NCBI GenBank assembly: GCA_028068195.1
Contig: JAPTTX010000090.1
Span: 59,856 to 123,855 of the forward strand
Reading direction: 5' to 3'
DNA length: 64,000 nt
From: Gammaproteobacteria bacterium
Lineage (GTDB): Bacteria > Pseudomonadota > Gammaproteobacteria > Acidiferrobacterales > UBA6901
Both the position numbers and the translations under genes were made by a program. This document shows positions 1 through 11,927 of this stretch, piece after piece (position 1 is the first letter of the stretch; each line of letters begins with the position of its first letter). The notes under the pieces were generated by a model. That model was not told where the DNA came from and did not search any database. It saw only the letters and a program-made list of their open reading frames with translations.

Positions 1-142
1 TTCAAGGATTGATCGCATCAACAATCATTCCGCAAAGCGGCGCCGGTGGGGAGCCCGCCGACATGCAAACGCGACCGCTATTTCTCTGCACCAGCCGGTG
101 GGCCTGGCGACCAGGGGCGGTCCGCGCTGTGGGCCGTCGCCG

Positions 143-1612
143 TCAGGATATCGTCCGTATTGCCTGACCGCACAGGTTGACCAGCGCCCCGACCCAGGGA
201 GTGACGGCAATCATCGCAATACCATTGATGCCCATCATCAGCCGCAGGTCAGGGTCGACTCTGATCGGGCTGGTGTCGGCCGGTGAATCGAAATACATCA
301 GCTTGACCACCCGCAGATAATAAAATGCGCCCACGACCGACAGCAGCACGCCGACCACCGCCAACCAGACGTAACCGGCGTTGACGATCGCCTGGAACAC
401 CAGCAATTTCGCGTAGAATCCGGCCGTCGGCGGCACCCCGGCCATGGAGAACATCAGCAACAGCATTATCAGCGCATGCCACGGGCTGCGCTGGTTGAGT
501 CCCTTGAAGTCATCCAGCTTGTCCCCTTCGAATCCGGTGCGCGACATCACGATGACCATTCCGAAGCCGCCGAGACTCATGGCGGCATAGACCAGCATGT
601 AGAACATCGCCGCCCCGTAACCTGCCGGACCGGCGCTGACGATCCCGAGCAGGAAAAATCCCATATGCGAAATCGTAGAGTAGGCAAGCATGCGCTTGAT
701 GTTGGTCTGTGCGATGGCAATCACGTTGCCGATCCCCATCGACAGCACCGCCATAATGATGAACATTTCCTGCCAGCTCAACGCCAGGCCCTGCAAGCCC
801 CCCACCAGAAGCCGCATGATCATGGCAAACGCCGCGAGCTTGGGCATCGTGCCAATGTAGAGCGTTACCGCAGTCGGCGCGCCGTCATACACATCCGGGA
901 TCCACATGTGAAACGGCACCGCGCCCAGCTTGAACGCCAGACCGACAACGATGAATACCAGGCCGAAGATAAGGATCACGTTTCCCGAAGACATCGTCGC
1001 GATCTTCCGGCTTACCGCTGCGATCTCCAGGCTGCCGGTAGCACCGTACAGCATGGACATGCCGTATAAAAGCATGCCGGAGGCAAGCGCGCCGAGCACA
1101 AAGTACTTCATTGCGGCTTCGGTAGCGTGCGACGAGTCACGCTGAAAGGCCACCATCGCGTACTGGCTCAGCGACAGCAGTTCCAGGCCCAGATACAGGG
1201 TCAGAAAGTGCGCAGCCGAGGTCATGATCATCATTCCGACTATGCCAAAAAGGCCCAGAACGAAATACTCACCGCGGAACATGCCGCGTTCGCGCAGATA
1301 GCGGCGCGAGTAGATCAGCACGAAAAATGCCAAACCGAATATCGCCAGATTCAGAACATCCGACAGCGTATCGGCGACGAACATGTGGTTGAATGTATAG
1401 ACGGGGCTGTGGTGGAAGTCGTGCACGGTGAACACGGCAGCCCCGACCAGCGTAGCCAGCGTTAGAAGATAACCCACATAGCGGTTCGAGTCGTCGAGCG
1501 ACAGGTCCAGGATGAGAATTACGCAGGCCATCACGGCGATGAAGATCTCCGGCGCTGCGGGGGCTATGTTCGGCACTACGATGGTCATAAGTTTGCTTCC
1601 AACTGGATTCAT
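143..1612 (-). CDS. nuoN: NADH-quinone oxidoreductase subunit N
   Basis: 489-aa polytopic membrane ORF of the ND2/NuoN type. It is the last gene of a contiguous nuoA-N array. ATG at 1588 (MTIVVPN...) is an alternative start. Confidence 0.92.
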   Translation of the reverse strand: MNPVGSKLMTIVVPNIAPAAPEIFIAVMACVILILDLSLDDSNRYVGYLLTLATLVGAAVFTVHDFHHSPVYTFNHMFVADTLSDVLNLAIFGLAFFVLIYSRRYLRERGMFRGEYFVLGLFGIVGMMIMTSAAHFLTLYLGLELLSLSQYAMVAFQRDSSHATEAAMKYFVLGALASGMLLYGMSMLYGATGSLEIAAVSRKIATMSSGNVILIFGLVFIVVGLAFKLGAVPFHMWIPDVYDGAPTAVTLYIGTMPKLAAFAMIMRLLVGGLQGLALSWQEMFIIMAVLSMGIGNVIAIAQTNIKRMLAYSTISHMGFFLLGIVSAGPAGYGAAMFYMLVYAAMSLGGFGMVIVMSRTGFEGDKLDDFKGLNQRSPWHALIMLLLMFSMAGVPPTAGFYAKLLVFQAIVNAGYVWLAVVGVLLSVVGAFYYLRVVKLMYFDSPADTSPIRVDPDLRLMMGINGIAMIAVTPWVGALVNLCGQAIRTIS

Positions 1613-1681
1613 CCCCTTGTCACCAGGCCCCGGTTACCGCCATCCCGCCGGCTCCGAACCATCCGGCCCCACCTGCGCGTG

Positions 1682-3163
1682 TTACGGCTTGCTCACCGCG
1701 ACCTGGGCCAGCAGATGGTTTACTGACGCGTGCATCACATCCAGGAACGGACGCGGCCACAAGCCCATTACCAGCACCGAGACCGCAAGCAGCGCAAGAA
1801 ACGAGAATTCGCGCAGCCCGACATCGTGCAGGGCGGCAACGCGGTCACTGACGACATTGCCGAAAAGCACGCGCTTATACAGCCACAGGGTATAGGCAGC
1901 CCCGGTGACCAGCATGGTTGCGGCCAAAAACGCGTACCAGCCGTTTACCTGGAAGCTGCCGAGTATCACCAGAAACTCGCCGACGAACCCGGAGGTGCCT
2001 GGCAGACCCACATTAGCCATCACGAACAGCATCATGAACACCGCAAATATGGGCATTCGGGTCGCCACCCCGCCATAGTCACGGATCTGGCGCGTATGCA
2101 TCCGGTCATAGAGCACCCCGACGGAAAGAAACAGCGCGCCTGATACGAATCCGTGCGAAATCATCTCAATCAGTCCGCCTTCGATACCCTGGGCATTGAA
2201 AATGAAGAACCCTAGGGTTACGAATCCCATATGCGCGATGGATGAATACGCGATGAGCTTTTTCATGTCCTCTTGAACAAGCGCCACCAGACTTATATAT
2301 ACGATGGCGATGAGCGACAGCGTAATCATCAGCCAGGCGAGCTCGTGGCTCGCACCAGGCAATATCGGCAGACTGAAACGCAAAAATCCGTAAGCGCCCA
2401 TTTTCAGCATGATGGCCGCCAGCACCACCGATCCACCAGTAGGCGCTTCGACATGGGCGTCCGGCAGCCAGGTGTGAACCGGCCACATCGGCACCTTGAC
2501 CGCGAATGCCAGCAGGAATGCCAGAAATATCAGGATCTGCGCGGTCATGCCCAGCTTGAGATTGTAGAAGCTCTGGATGTCGAAACTGTTTCCACCCTTG
2601 AAGTAGAGATAAAGCAAAGCAACCAGCATCAGCACGGAACCGAGCAGCGTATAGAGAAAGAACTTGACCGTCGCATAGACCCGGTTCGGACCGCCCCAGA
2701 TCCCGATAATCACGAACATCGGAATCAGCATTGCTTCCCAGAACACGTAGAACAAAATCGCGTCCATGGAAGAGAACACCCCAATCATGAGGCCTTCCAT
2801 GATAAGGAAAGCGGCCATGTACTGGGATACGCGCGTCTGGATCACTTCCCATCCGGCGATCACGACGATGACGGTCGTAAAACTCGTCAGCAAAATCAAG
2901 GGCAGGGAAATTCCATCGATTCCGATGTGATAGGCGATGTTGAAGGCCGGTATCCACGCATAGTCTTCCACAAACTGCATCGCCGCAGTGTGCTGATCAA
3001 ACCCCGTATACAACGGAATGGTCGCGGCAAGCGCGGCAAGCGCGACCAGCAGGCTCAAGACGCGCGCCCAGCGGGCGTTGGCATCGCCGCCGGTGAACAG
3101 CACGATCACACCGCCGACTATTGGCAGCCATATGGCAAGACTCAGGGCATGGGCGTGATACAT
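1682..3163 (-). CDS. nuoM: NADH-quinone oxidoreductase subunit M
   Basis: ND4/NuoM-like antiporter-type membrane protein. The ORF opens with TTG at 3187, and the ATG at 3163 (MYHAHALSLAIWLPIVGG) was chosen as start. Lies between nuoL and nuoN. Confidence 0.93.
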   Translation of the reverse strand: MYHAHALSLAIWLPIVGGVIVLFTGGDANARWARVLSLLVALAALAATIPLYTGFDQHTAAMQFVEDYAWIPAFNIAYHIGIDGISLPLILLTSFTTVIVVIAGWEVIQTRVSQYMAAFLIMEGLMIGVFSSMDAILFYVFWEAMLIPMFVIIGIWGGPNRVYATVKFFLYTLLGSVLMLVALLYLYFKGGNSFDIQSFYNLKLGMTAQILIFLAFLLAFAVKVPMWPVHTWLPDAHVEAPTGGSVVLAAIMLKMGAYGFLRFSLPILPGASHELAWLMITLSLIAIVYISLVALVQEDMKKLIAYSSIAHMGFVTLGFFIFNAQGIEGGLIEMISHGFVSGALFLSVGVLYDRMHTRQIRDYGGVATRMPIFAVFMMLFVMANVGLPGTSGFVGEFLVILGSFQVNGWYAFLAATMLVTGAAYTLWLYKRVLFGNVVSDRVAALHDVGLREFSFLALLAVSVLVMGLWPRPFLDVMHASVNHLLAQVAVSKP

Positions 3164-3183
3164 GCGGCGGCCTGTCCTCGGAA

Positions 3184-5157
3184 TCAACGATGCAGGAAAA
3201 ATGTCATGAGCAGAAACAGCCCGATAATCATCGCAAACGCGTAATGATAGATGTACCCGGACTGCATGCGTCGCGCGATACGGGAGGTCCAGGCGATGAC
3301 ACGCGCAGTGCCGTTCACCATCAGACCATCAATCAGTTTCACATCGCCGATCTTCCACAGCATGCGGCCAACGGCGCGCGCGCCCGCCACGAAGACGAGA
3401 TCGTTGAAATCATCGAAACCGTACTTGTGGATCAGGATCTCATAGAGCAGGCCCGACTTTTCCCGCACCAGTTTCGGAATCTGCGGGTAGCGGATGTAGG
3501 AAAACCACGCCGTCGCGAAGCCCAAAACAGCAAGCAGGAACGGGGCCGACTGCAATCCCCGCGCAATAAAGGGACCGCTGCCCGCGAAATGCAGCGCCAT
3601 TGCCGCGAGCACGTTGTGCTGCGGCAGGACTTCGATGGAATTTCCGAAAAACTTTCCAAACAGCAGCGGCGAGATCCCCAGCCAGCCGGCGACCGCCGAC
3701 GGAATCGCCAGCAGGACCAGGGGAATGACCACGACGGCCGGCGACTCTTTCAGGTGACTGCGCGTGTGCTCGTCCATGCGCGGCTCGCCGTAAAACGCCA
3801 GAAACAGCATGCGGAACGAATAAAGCGCGGTAACGAAGACGCTGGCCATCACCGCGAAATAGGCGAAACCAGCCCCTGGAATGCGGGAATGGTCGACTGC
3901 CTCTATGATGGCATCCTTGGAAAAAAACCCGGCAAACGGCGGAAATCCCGACAAGGCAAGCGCGCCCACCCACGCGGTAACCAGCGTCCAAGGCATGTAT
4001 TTCCGCAAACCGCCCATCTTGCGCAAATCCTGCTCGTGGTGCATGGCGATGATGACCGACCCGGCCGCCAGAAACAGCAAAGCCTTGAAAAAGGCATGAG
4101 TCATCAGATGGAAGATTGCTGCCGCATACGCCGATGCGCCCAGTGCCACCGTCATATACCCGAGCTGCGATAGCGTCGAATAGGCAATCACCCGCTTGAT
4201 GTCGTTCTGCACCACTCCGAGAAACCCCATGAACAGGGCCGTAATCGAGCCGATCACGAGGATTACGGACAATGCAGTATCCGACAGCTCGAATAGCGGC
4301 GACGCGCGCGCCACCATGAAAATGCCGGCGGTGACCATGGTGGCCGCATGGATCAGCGCGGAGATCGGGGTCGGACCCTCCATCGAGTCCGGCAGCCACA
4401 TATGCAGCGGAACTTGCGCCGACTTTGCCATCGCTCCGACGAAAAGCAGCAGACAGATCAGCGTGATCACCCCGCAGGACAGGCCGGGCATCAGCCGGAC
4501 TGTCGTGTTCGCCAGCTGCGGCGCAATCGCGAATACCCCGCCGTAATCCAAAGTCCCGAAATACTGGTAGATTGCAGCAATCCCCAGCACGAAACCCAGA
4601 TCGCCGACACGGTTCACCAGAAACGCCTTGAGGCTCGCACTCACGGCCGATTCACGCGTATACCAGAATCCGATCAGCAGGTAGGAAATGAGCCCGACCG
4701 CCTCCCATCCGAAAAACAACAGCAAAAAATTGTTCGCCATCACCAGTATCAGCATCGCGAACGTGAACAGCGCGATATAGCTGAAAAAGCGCTGATAGCC
4801 GGGGTCGTCGCTCATGTAGCCAATGGTATAGATATGGACCATGAGCGATACGAACGTCACGACCACCATCATGAGCGCGCTGAGCGGATCGATCAGGAAA
4901 CCGACCTCCATCGGAATCCCCCCGCTCACCCCCCAGGTATACACCGTCCCGTCGAAGCTGTGGCCGAAAACCACAACGTCGCGGAATACCAACAGCGACA
5001 GCACAAAAGCCGCAGCCACGCCCAGTATCGCCGCCGAATGCGCCCCGATTCGGCCGATCTTCCATCCGAACAGGCCTGCAATAGCCGAACCTGCAAGGCA
5101 CGACAGCGGAATCGCCAGGTACACGTCCTGCATGTTCATGGTCATGGCCATCGTCAT
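3184..5157 (-). CDS. nuoL: NADH-quinone oxidoreductase subunit L
   Basis: 657-aa ND5/NuoL-like membrane ORF in the nuo array. Several in-frame ATGs lie near the 5' end. Confidence 0.95.
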   Translation of the reverse strand: MTMAMTMNMQDVYLAIPLSCLAGSAIAGLFGWKIGRIGAHSAAILGVAAAFVLSLLVFRDVVVFGHSFDGTVYTWGVSGGIPMEVGFLIDPLSALMMVVVTFVSLMVHIYTIGYMSDDPGYQRFFSYIALFTFAMLILVMANNFLLLFFGWEAVGLISYLLIGFWYTRESAVSASLKAFLVNRVGDLGFVLGIAAIYQYFGTLDYGGVFAIAPQLANTTVRLMPGLSCGVITLICLLLFVGAMAKSAQVPLHMWLPDSMEGPTPISALIHAATMVTAGIFMVARASPLFELSDTALSVILVIGSITALFMGFLGVVQNDIKRVIAYSTLSQLGYMTVALGASAYAAAIFHLMTHAFFKALLFLAAGSVIIAMHHEQDLRKMGGLRKYMPWTLVTAWVGALALSGFPPFAGFFSKDAIIEAVDHSRIPGAGFAYFAVMASVFVTALYSFRMLFLAFYGEPRMDEHTRSHLKESPAVVVIPLVLLAIPSAVAGWLGISPLLFGKFFGNSIEVLPQHNVLAAMALHFAGSGPFIARGLQSAPFLLAVLGFATAWFSYIRYPQIPKLVREKSGLLYEILIHKYGFDDFNDLVFVAGARAVGRMLWKIGDVKLIDGLMVNGTARVIAWTSRIARRMQSGYIYHYAFAMIIGLFLLMTFFLHR

Positions 5158-5161
5158 GAAT

Positions 5162-5467
5162 TCAACCCTTTAGCTCGTCGAGATCGTCGACGTTGATCGT
5201 GTGGCGGTTGCGGAACAGGACGATGAGAATCGCCAGTCCGATCGCCGACTCAGCAGCGGCCACGGTCAGGATGAAAAATACGAAGACCTGGCCGGCGGCG
5301 TCGCCGAGATAACGGGAGAAGGCGATGAAATTCATGTTCACAGCCAAAAGGTTCAGCTCGATCGCCATCAGCAGGATGACGACATTCTTGCGATTGAGAA
5401 AAATCCCCATCACGCTGAGAGCGAACAGGATCGCGCCGAGCACCAGATAATCAGACAGGGGTATCAT
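5162..5467 (-). CDS. nuoK: NADH-quinone oxidoreductase subunit K
   Basis: 101-aa protein with 3 transmembrane segments, ND4L/NuoK-like ([15 protein letters not shown]...). Position in operon fits. Confidence 0.95.
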   Translation of the reverse strand: MIPLSDYLVLGAILFALSVMGIFLNRKNVVILLMAIELNLLAVNMNFIAFSRYLGDAAGQVFVFFILTVAAAESAIGLAILIVLFRNRHTINVDDLDELKG

Positions 5468-5519
5468 CTGCCCTCCTCCGGCGTTCCGTCAGTCCGTCGG
5501 CAACAGGAACGTACCGGAT

Positions 5520-6125
5520 TCACGTCTTCTTCTCCGCGGCCATCTTTACGATGCGTACCCGATCCTCAGGCTGCACCCGCACCTGCTGCCCCGGATCCTG
5601 ATACCGGCTCCGCCGGCGCCGGCGCATTGTGAGCGCGATGGCGGCGATGATCGCCACCAGAAGAATCAGGGCGGCAATCTCGAACGGATAGACATAGACG
5701 GTGTACAGCTGCAGACCCAGCTCCCGCGTGTTGCTGTAGCCTGCTGCATGGTCCGGCGGTGCCGGGAAGCTGCGCAGCCCGAAGCGGCGTGGCCCGAGAA
5801 TGATGCTCATTTCCAGGACCATCAGAACCGCAACGATGCCGCCTATCGGCAGGTACTCTCCAAAACCCTCCCGCAACCGGACCAAGTTGATGTCGAGCAT
5901 CATGACCACGAACAGGAACAGGACCATCACCGCCCCTACGTATACCAGCACCAGCGCAATCGCCAGGAACTCCGCCTCCAGCAGTATCCACAGGCCGGCC
6001 GCACTGAAAAACGCCAGAACCAGGAACAGCGCCGCCTTAACCGGATTGCGGATGGTGATAACCATGGCCGCCGCGAACACCAGCACTGCGGAGAAGAAGT
6101 AAAAAACGAATTGCGTAAATGTCAT
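5520..6125 (-). CDS. nuoJ: NADH-quinone oxidoreductase subunit J
   Basis: 201-aa ND6/NuoJ-like membrane ORF between nuoI and nuoK. Confidence 0.93.
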   Translation of the reverse strand: MTFTQFVFYFFSAVLVFAAAMVITIRNPVKAALFLVLAFFSAAGLWILLEAEFLAIALVLVYVGAVMVLFLFVVMMLDINLVRLREGFGEYLPIGGIVAVLMVLEMSIILGPRRFGLRSFPAPPDHAAGYSNTRELGLQLYTVYVYPFEIAALILLVAIIAAIALTMRRRRRSRYQDPGQQVRVQPEDRVRIVKMAAEKKT

Positions 6126-6194
6126 GGTCTATCCAGGCCTCGCCGTTCGCCACCCCCGGCGGCAGCGCCCCTCAAAGCCCATGTTGTCGCGCTG

Positions 6195-6683
6195 CTATCG
6201 GTAGCGGGCATCGGTCGCGCGGTCCTCTGCGATCTGGCGCTCGGTTCTGTCGCCGACCTCAAGCAGCATCGGCTTGGTGTAGTTCAGGTCGCCGCGCTGC
6301 TCGCCGTGATAATCGAATATCCGCGTTTCGACGATCGAGTCAACCGGACACGACTCCTCGCAGAAACCGCAGAATATGCACTTGGTAAGGTCAATCTCGT
6401 AACGCGTGGTTCGGCGTGTGCCATCAGCCCGTTGATCGGACTCGATGGTGATGGCCAGCGCCGGACACACGGCCTCGCACAGCTTGCAGGCAATGCAGCG
6501 CTCCTCGCCGTTCGGATAACGGCGCAACGCGTGCAGTCCGCGGAAACGCGGCGAACTGGGCGTGCGCTCGTCCGGATACTGTATGGTCATCTTGCGGGAA
6601 AAGAGCTGGCGGCCGGTGAGCGCCAGCCCGCGTACCAGCTCCACCAGCAGAAAACTGTGTATGAACCGCTTCAGTGCCTTCAT
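6195..6683 (-). CDS. nuoI: NADH-quinone oxidoreductase subunit I (2x[4Fe-4S] ferredoxin)
   Basis: 162 aa with two CxxCxxCxxxCP motifs ([24 protein letters not shown]). Confidence 0.96.
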   Translation of the reverse strand: MKALKRFIHSFLLVELVRGLALTGRQLFSRKMTIQYPDERTPSSPRFRGLHALRRYPNGEERCIACKLCEAVCPALAITIESDQRADGTRRTTRYEIDLTKCIFCGFCEESCPVDSIVETRIFDYHGEQRGDLNYTKPMLLEVGDRTERQIAEDRATDARYR

Positions 6684-6700
6684 TCAGCCGTCTCCCGCCC

Positions 6701-7726
6701 CTACCGGAAAATCCGGCCCCACGGAGTAAAGAACATGACCACGCCGATGAGGGTGATCCACACGAGCGTCACCGGGATGAGCACCTTCCAGCCGAGCCGC
6801 ATGATCTGATCGTAGCGGTAGCGCGGAAATGTCGCACGGAACCACAGGAAGAAAAACAGCAGCACCGACACCTTGATCAGGAACCATGCGAGCGGCGGGA
6901 TCCAGGTGAATGGCGCGAAGCCGAATGGCGCCATCCATCCGCCGAGGAACAGGATCGCGGTCAGCGCCGAGATGAGGATCATATTGGCGTATTCGGCGAG
7001 GAAGAAAACGGCGAACGCCATGCCCGAATATTCCACATGAAAACCAGCGACGATTTCCGATTCACCCTCGGCCACATCGAATGGCGAGCGGTTTGTTTCC
7101 GCCACGCCCGATATGAAGTACACGAGAAACAGCGGAAACAGAGGCCAGACATACCAGTGGGCAATGTCTCCGGACTGGCGCAGCACGATTTCCCGCAGAT
7201 TCAGCGTGCCCGCAGCCATGAGCACGCCGACCAGCGCGAAACCCATGGCAATCTCGTAAGCGACGATCTGCGCGGCAGACCGCAGCGACCCCAGGAAGGC
7301 ATATTTGGAGTTCGACGCCCATCCTGCCACCACCACCCCGTACACCCCCATGGATGTCATGGCCAGAACAAACAGCAGGCTTGCGTTGATGTTGGCCAGC
7401 ACCAGCCGGTCCGTGAAGGGAATGACCGCCCAGGCTACGAGCGACGGGCCGATGGCAAGCACTGGCGCCAGCACGAACAGGTACTTGTTCGCACTCGACG
7501 GAATGATGATCTCCTTGAGCAGGAGTTTCAGCGCGTCGGCGATGGGCTGAAGCCAGCCGCGAGGGCCGACACGGTTCGGGCCGATGCGAACCTGCATATA
7601 ACCGATGATCTTGCGTTCAGCGAAAGTGAGGTAGGCAACGGCAACCATGAGCGGCGCCACGATCGCGATGATGCCGCCCAGGCTTCTCAGCGCAAGCTGT
7701 GACCACGGCGGGAAGTCCCGCCACAT
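6701..7726 (-). CDS. nuoH: NADH-quinone oxidoreductase subunit H
   Basis: ND1/NuoH-like sequence begins at [11 protein letters not shown] (ATG at 7726), 18 nt after the nuoG stop. The upstream part of the 518-aa ORF overlaps nuoG in another frame and is Arg/Gly-rich, so it was discarded. Confidence 0.93.
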   Translation of the reverse strand: MWRDFPPWSQLALRSLGGIIAIVAPLMVAVAYLTFAERKIIGYMQVRIGPNRVGPRGWLQPIADALKLLLKEIIIPSSANKYLFVLAPVLAIGPSLVAWAVIPFTDRLVLANINASLLFVLAMTSMGVYGVVVAGWASNSKYAFLGSLRSAAQIVAYEIAMGFALVGVLMAAGTLNLREIVLRQSGDIAHWYVWPLFPLFLVYFISGVAETNRSPFDVAEGESEIVAGFHVEYSGMAFAVFFLAEYANMILISALTAILFLGGWMAPFGFAPFTWIPPLAWFLIKVSVLLFFFLWFRATFPRYRYDQIMRLGWKVLIPVTLVWITLIGVVMFFTPWGRIFR

Positions 7727-7743
7727 CGAAACAAAAAAGGCGC

Positions 7744-10101
7744 TCACAGATCGACCCCCGCCACGCTCACCGGTCCCTGGCCGGCGAGCGGCGCGGTCTC
7801 GGCATAGCCGCCCGGAATCCAGATACAGCCATCGGGGACGCGCCCGTCGATCTCCAGGCCGAGCGCGACCTCGCCCGCACCTACGACAACACGCACCGCG
7901 GTCGCGCCGGCGACCCCGCAGCGCTGCGCCTCGGTCGCATTGATGCGCGCCAGCGGACGCCCTGCGTCCCGGGTCTGCTGCAGCGGAGCGGCTCGGCGTA
8001 CCACGGGATCGACCGCATACAGCGGCACTTCCGCGACGCGCACCAGGCCGGCGTGCACGCCCGGGGGCGCCCCCAGGGTCCAGCTGCGCAGCCGTGCCGA
8101 GGGCGTCACCGCGTGACGGGCCGCCTCGTCGCGAATCTGCTCCGAGGAGGTATAGTCGAATCCCTCTCTGCCCAGGACATTGCCCAGAACGCGCAGTATC
8201 TTCCAGCCGGGACGGGTCTCGCCCGCCGGACTGACAGCGGCCGCGAAGCTCTGCCATCGGCCCTCGCAGTTAACGAACGTCCCGGAGGTTTCGGTAAACG
8301 GCGCGAGTGGCAGCAGCACATGCGCATAGTCCTGCGCGACATCCTTGAACACCGACAGCACCGTCACGAACTCCGCCGCCCCGAGCGCGCGCCGCGCGAG
8401 GGCGCCGTCCCAGCAGTCGAGCTCGGGTTCCGCGCCCAGAATCAGATAGCCTTGCCGGGGTTGGGCCAGCATCTCGTAGGCGTTGAGTCCTGCCGCCGTG
8501 GCACCCGCCCCCGGACCCCGGTGCGGCAGGCAGCCAGCCAGCCAGCCCCCGGCACTGTTCGCCTCCGCCAGGCGGCCGAGCCGCGCGCTGGACAATTCGG
8601 CAATGAGCTCGGCCAGCGCCCGCAGGTCTGCGGCGCGTTCATGGCCTGAGGCGAAATCCCCGAGCAGCACCGCCGTCCGCTTTCCGGATAGGAGAATCCG
8701 GGCAATCTCCTGTTCCTGGGCGACCGCCGCAGTTCCTGCGGTCCAGGCCGGCACCGGCTGGCGCAGCGGCTGTCCCGCGGCATCCGCCAGGACCTGTGCT
8801 ATGCGCGCGAGCGCCCGCAGCATCTCGTCCGGCGCAGCCACCACCTTCGCATGCAGATCGAAGGTGAATTCATGGTCCATGGGATTGACCGCTGCAATCC
8901 TGGCACCTGCAAGGAACGCCTTGCGCAGGCGGTGACCAATGAGCGGCTGCTCCTTGCGGACGTTGGAACCAATGAGCAGCACCGCATCGAGCGACTCCAG
9001 TTCTTGGATCGTCTGGCCGAGCCAGGGAAACGGCGGCTGCCCCCCATCATCGCTGAAATCACGTGCATGCAGGCGGTGATCGATATTGGCCGAGCCGAGC
9101 GCGCGCACCAGCTTCTGCAACAGATAGAACTCCTCCAGAGTCGAGGTCGGCGACGCCAGCGCCCCGAGCCCCGGAGCACCGTGCGAATCGAGGACCCTGC
9201 GCAGGCCGGCGGCGGTGAATTCGAGCGCCGTCGCCCAGTCGGTTTCGACCAGGCTGCCGTGCTGCCGGATCATCGGCTTCACGAGCCGCTCCTGGGAGTT
9301 GAGGGCCGTATAGCTGAAGCGGTCACGGTCGGACAGCCAGATCTCGTTGATCTCCTCGTTGTCGCGCGGCAGCACCCGCATGACTTTGTTGTGGCGAATT
9401 TCGACGCGGATATTCGATCCGATGCAGTCGTGCGGACTCACCGAGGGTCGGCTTTGCAGTTCCCAGCTGCGCGCCGTAAACCGGAACGGCCGCGAGGTCA
9501 GCGCGCCTACCGGACAGAGATCGATCATGTTGCCTGACAGCTCGGAATCTATGGATTGCTCGACGTATGTGCCGACACGCATGTGTTCCCCGCGTCCGGT
9601 GGCGCCCATTTCCTTGATTCCGCCGATCTCCTGGCCGAAGCGGATACAGCGGGTGCAGTGTATGCAGCGTGTCATTTCGGTCGCGATGAGCGGCCCGATG
9701 TACTTATCCATGACAATGCGCTTTTTTTCCGTGAAGCGCGATACATCACTGCCGTAGCCCACCGAGAGATCCTGCAGGTCGCACTCCCCGCCCTGGTCGC
9801 AGATCGGGCAGTCGAGCGGATGGTTGATCAGCAGGAATTCCATGACCCCCTTCTGGGCGGCGACAGCCTTGGCCGAGTGCGTGCGCACGATCATCCCGTC
9901 GGTGACCGGAGTGGCGCAGGCCGGCAGAGGCTTGGGAATCTTCTCGACGTCCACCAGGCACATGCGGCAGTTGGCCGCCACCGAGAGCTTCCGGTGGTAG
10001 CAAAAGCGCGGAATGTAGATCCCGGCGGCGTCGGCGGCCTCGATGATCATGGAGCCTTCCTTCACCTCGAGCTTCCGGCCGTCTATTTCGATGTGCAGCA
10101 T
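7744..10101 (-). CDS. nuoG: NADH-quinone oxidoreductase subunit G (75-kDa Fe-S subunit)
   Basis: N-terminal 2Fe-2S/4Fe-4S cysteine motifs ([39 protein letters not shown]) followed by a molybdopterin-like fold. ATG at 10101 ([10 protein letters not shown]) is preferred over the TTG at 10116. Confidence 0.95.
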   Translation of the reverse strand: MLHIEIDGRKLEVKEGSMIIEAADAAGIYIPRFCYHRKLSVAANCRMCLVDVEKIPKPLPACATPVTDGMIVRTHSAKAVAAQKGVMEFLLINHPLDCPICDQGGECDLQDLSVGYGSDVSRFTEKKRIVMDKYIGPLIATEMTRCIHCTRCIRFGQEIGGIKEMGATGRGEHMRVGTYVEQSIDSELSGNMIDLCPVGALTSRPFRFTARSWELQSRPSVSPHDCIGSNIRVEIRHNKVMRVLPRDNEEINEIWLSDRDRFSYTALNSQERLVKPMIRQHGSLVETDWATALEFTAAGLRRVLDSHGAPGLGALASPTSTLEEFYLLQKLVRALGSANIDHRLHARDFSDDGGQPPFPWLGQTIQELESLDAVLLIGSNVRKEQPLIGHRLRKAFLAGARIAAVNPMDHEFTFDLHAKVVAAPDEMLRALARIAQVLADAAGQPLRQPVPAWTAGTAAVAQEQEIARILLSGKRTAVLLGDFASGHERAADLRALAELIAELSSARLGRLAEANSAGGWLAGCLPHRGPGAGATAAGLNAYEMLAQPRQGYLILGAEPELDCWDGALARRALGAAEFVTVLSVFKDVAQDYAHVLLPLAPFTETSGTFVNCEGRWQSFAAAVSPAGETRPGWKILRVLGNVLGREGFDYTSSEQIRDEAARHAVTPSARLRSWTLGAPPGVHAGLVRVAEVPLYAVDPVVRRAAPLQQTRDAGRPLARINATEAQRCGVAGATAVRVVVGAGEVALGLEIDGRVPDGCIWIPGGYAETAPLAGQGPVSVAGVDL

Positions 10102-10154
10102 TTCAGTTCCGCTCAAGCGCCCTGCTTGGTTGGTCGGTGTTGACTCGGACTCCG

Positions 10155-11429
10155 TCAGGCTGCCGCTACTAGGCAGCTGCGATGGCTCACATGGTACTCG
10201 AACTCATCACGGAATTGCTTGATGAAGCTCGCCACCGGCATGGCCGCGGCATCGCCCAGCGCGCAGATGGTCCGGCCTTCTATGTTGCCAGCCATGCTGA
10301 GAAGCAGATCCAGGTCACCGGGGCGGCCCGCGCCCTGCTCGATGCGCTGGATCACGCGGGCCATCCACCCGGTGCCCTCGCGACAGGGGGTACACTGGCC
10401 GCAGGATTCTTCGTAGTAGAAGTGCGAGATCCGCGCAAGCGTCCGCACCATGCAGGTGGTATCGTCCATGACAATCACCGACCCCGCGCCCAGCAGCGAA
10501 CCGGCCTTGGCGAGCGAGTCATAGTCCATGTTGATATCCATCATCACCTCGCCGCGAACGACCGGCACCGATGAGCCGCCCGGAATCACAGCCTTCAGTC
10601 GGCGTCCGCCGCGCACCCCCCCGGCCAGCTCAAGAAGCGTCGCAAACGGAGTCCCGAGCGGAACCTCGTAGTTCCCGGGCCGGTTCACATGGCCAGATAC
10701 GCAGAAGATTTTGGCCCCCCCGTTGTTGGGCTTGCCCATATTCAGGAACCATTGCGCGCCGTTGCGGAGGATCGAGGGGACCGAGGCCAGGGTCTCAGTA
10801 TTGTTGATCGTTGTCGGCCGACCAAACAGGCCATAGCTGGCCGGAAACGGCGGCTTGAACCGCGGCTGGCCCTTCTTGCCTTCCAGCGACTCGAGCAAGG
10901 CGGTTTCCTCACCGCAGATGTAGGCGCCAGCGCCCAGATGGCTGTGGATCTCGAAGTCGACGCCCGAACCGAGAATGTTGCTGCCAATGAGCCCGGCTGC
11001 GCGCGCCTCCGCCAGCGCGGCCTCGAAGCGCTCGTAAGGTTCGTAGAACTCCCCGCGCATGTAGTTGTAGCCGACGGTCGCGCCGATGGTGTAGCCGGCG
11101 ATGGCCATACCCTCGATGACTGCATGGGGATTGAAGCGCAGAATGTCGCGGTCCTTGAACGTGCCTGGCTCGCCCTCGTCGGAATTGCACACGATATATT
11201 TCTGGCCCGGCGCCGAGCGTGGCATGAAGCTCCACTTCAGGCCGGTCGGAAAGCCGGCACCTCCGCGGCCGCGCAGTACCGCCTTTTTGAGCTCTGCGAT
11301 GATTTCGTCGGCCGGCACCTTTGCACGCAGGACCTTCTTCCAGGCCTCGTAGCCACCGCTGCCCTGATAGGTTGCGAGCGTCCATGGCTTGTCCAAATGG
11401 TTGTTACGGAAACACACCTCGTTAGCCAT
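10155..11429 (-). CDS. nuoF: NADH-quinone oxidoreductase subunit F (NADH/FMN-binding)
   Basis: 424 aa with [22 protein letters not shown] and C-terminal [12 protein letters not shown] motifs. Confidence 0.97.
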   Translation of the reverse strand: MANEVCFRNNHLDKPWTLATYQGSGGYEAWKKVLRAKVPADEIIAELKKAVLRGRGGAGFPTGLKWSFMPRSAPGQKYIVCNSDEGEPGTFKDRDILRFNPHAVIEGMAIAGYTIGATVGYNYMRGEFYEPYERFEAALAEARAAGLIGSNILGSGVDFEIHSHLGAGAYICGEETALLESLEGKKGQPRFKPPFPASYGLFGRPTTINNTETLASVPSILRNGAQWFLNMGKPNNGGAKIFCVSGHVNRPGNYEVPLGTPFATLLELAGGVRGGRRLKAVIPGGSSVPVVRGEVMMDINMDYDSLAKAGSLLGAGSVIVMDDTTCMVRTLARISHFYYEESCGQCTPCREGTGWMARVIQRIEQGAGRPGDLDLLLSMAGNIEGRTICALGDAAAMPVASFIKQFRDEFEYHVSHRSCLVAAA

Positions 11430-11435
11430 GGCGCG

Positions 11436-11927
11436 CTACTCCAGGCTGCCGAGGATCTCGTCGATCCGTTCCGGCGTCAGATTTTCAAAGTAAGTCTTGT
11501 CGATCATAAACATCGGTGCCCCCCCGCATGCGGCCAGGCACTCCACTTCCCTGAGTGTAAACCGGCCGTCCGGGGTAGTTTCTCCCAGCCGTATGCCAAG
11601 CCGGTTCTCGAGGTGCTTTACCACCTGCTCGGCTCCGGTCAGCATACAGGATATGTTCGTACAGACGCTGATCTGGTGCCTTCCCACCGGCTTGAGATTG
11701 TACATGGTGTAGAAGGTGGCGACTTCGTACACCTCAATCGGGCGCATTTCCAGCAGCTGCGCGACATAGTCCATCAGCGGTTCGCTCAGCCAGCCGCGCT
11801 CGTCCTGCGCAATACGCAGAGCCGCCATCACGGCAGAGGCCTTGCGTCCTGGCGGATACTTCGCGATCTCGCGCCCTATGCGCGCAAGCGATTCTTCGCT
11901 CAAAGAGGGTCTATCTGCGTCGGTCAA
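11436..11927 (-). CDS. nuoE: NADH-quinone oxidoreductase subunit E (2Fe-2S)
   Basis: 163 aa, thioredoxin-like 2Fe-2S subunit (VCTNISCML ... [10 protein letters not shown]). Its start overlaps the nuoD stop. Confidence 0.95.
   Translation of the reverse strand: MTDADRPSLSEESLARIGREIAKYPPGRKASAVMAALRIAQDERGWLSEPLMDYVAQLLEMRPIEVYEVATFYTMYNLKPVGRHQISVCTNISCMLTGAEQVVKHLENRLGIRLGETTPDGRFTLREVECLAACGGAPMFMIDKTYFENLTPERIDEILGSLE

Noticed and set aside
7727-8257. 176-codon N-terminal extension of the nuoH ORF (518 aa in total).
   Set aside because: It overlaps the 3' end of nuoG in another frame and is extremely Arg/Gly/Ala-rich. NuoH homology starts at MWRDFPP (ATG 7726). This is a typical open frame in GC-rich DNA.
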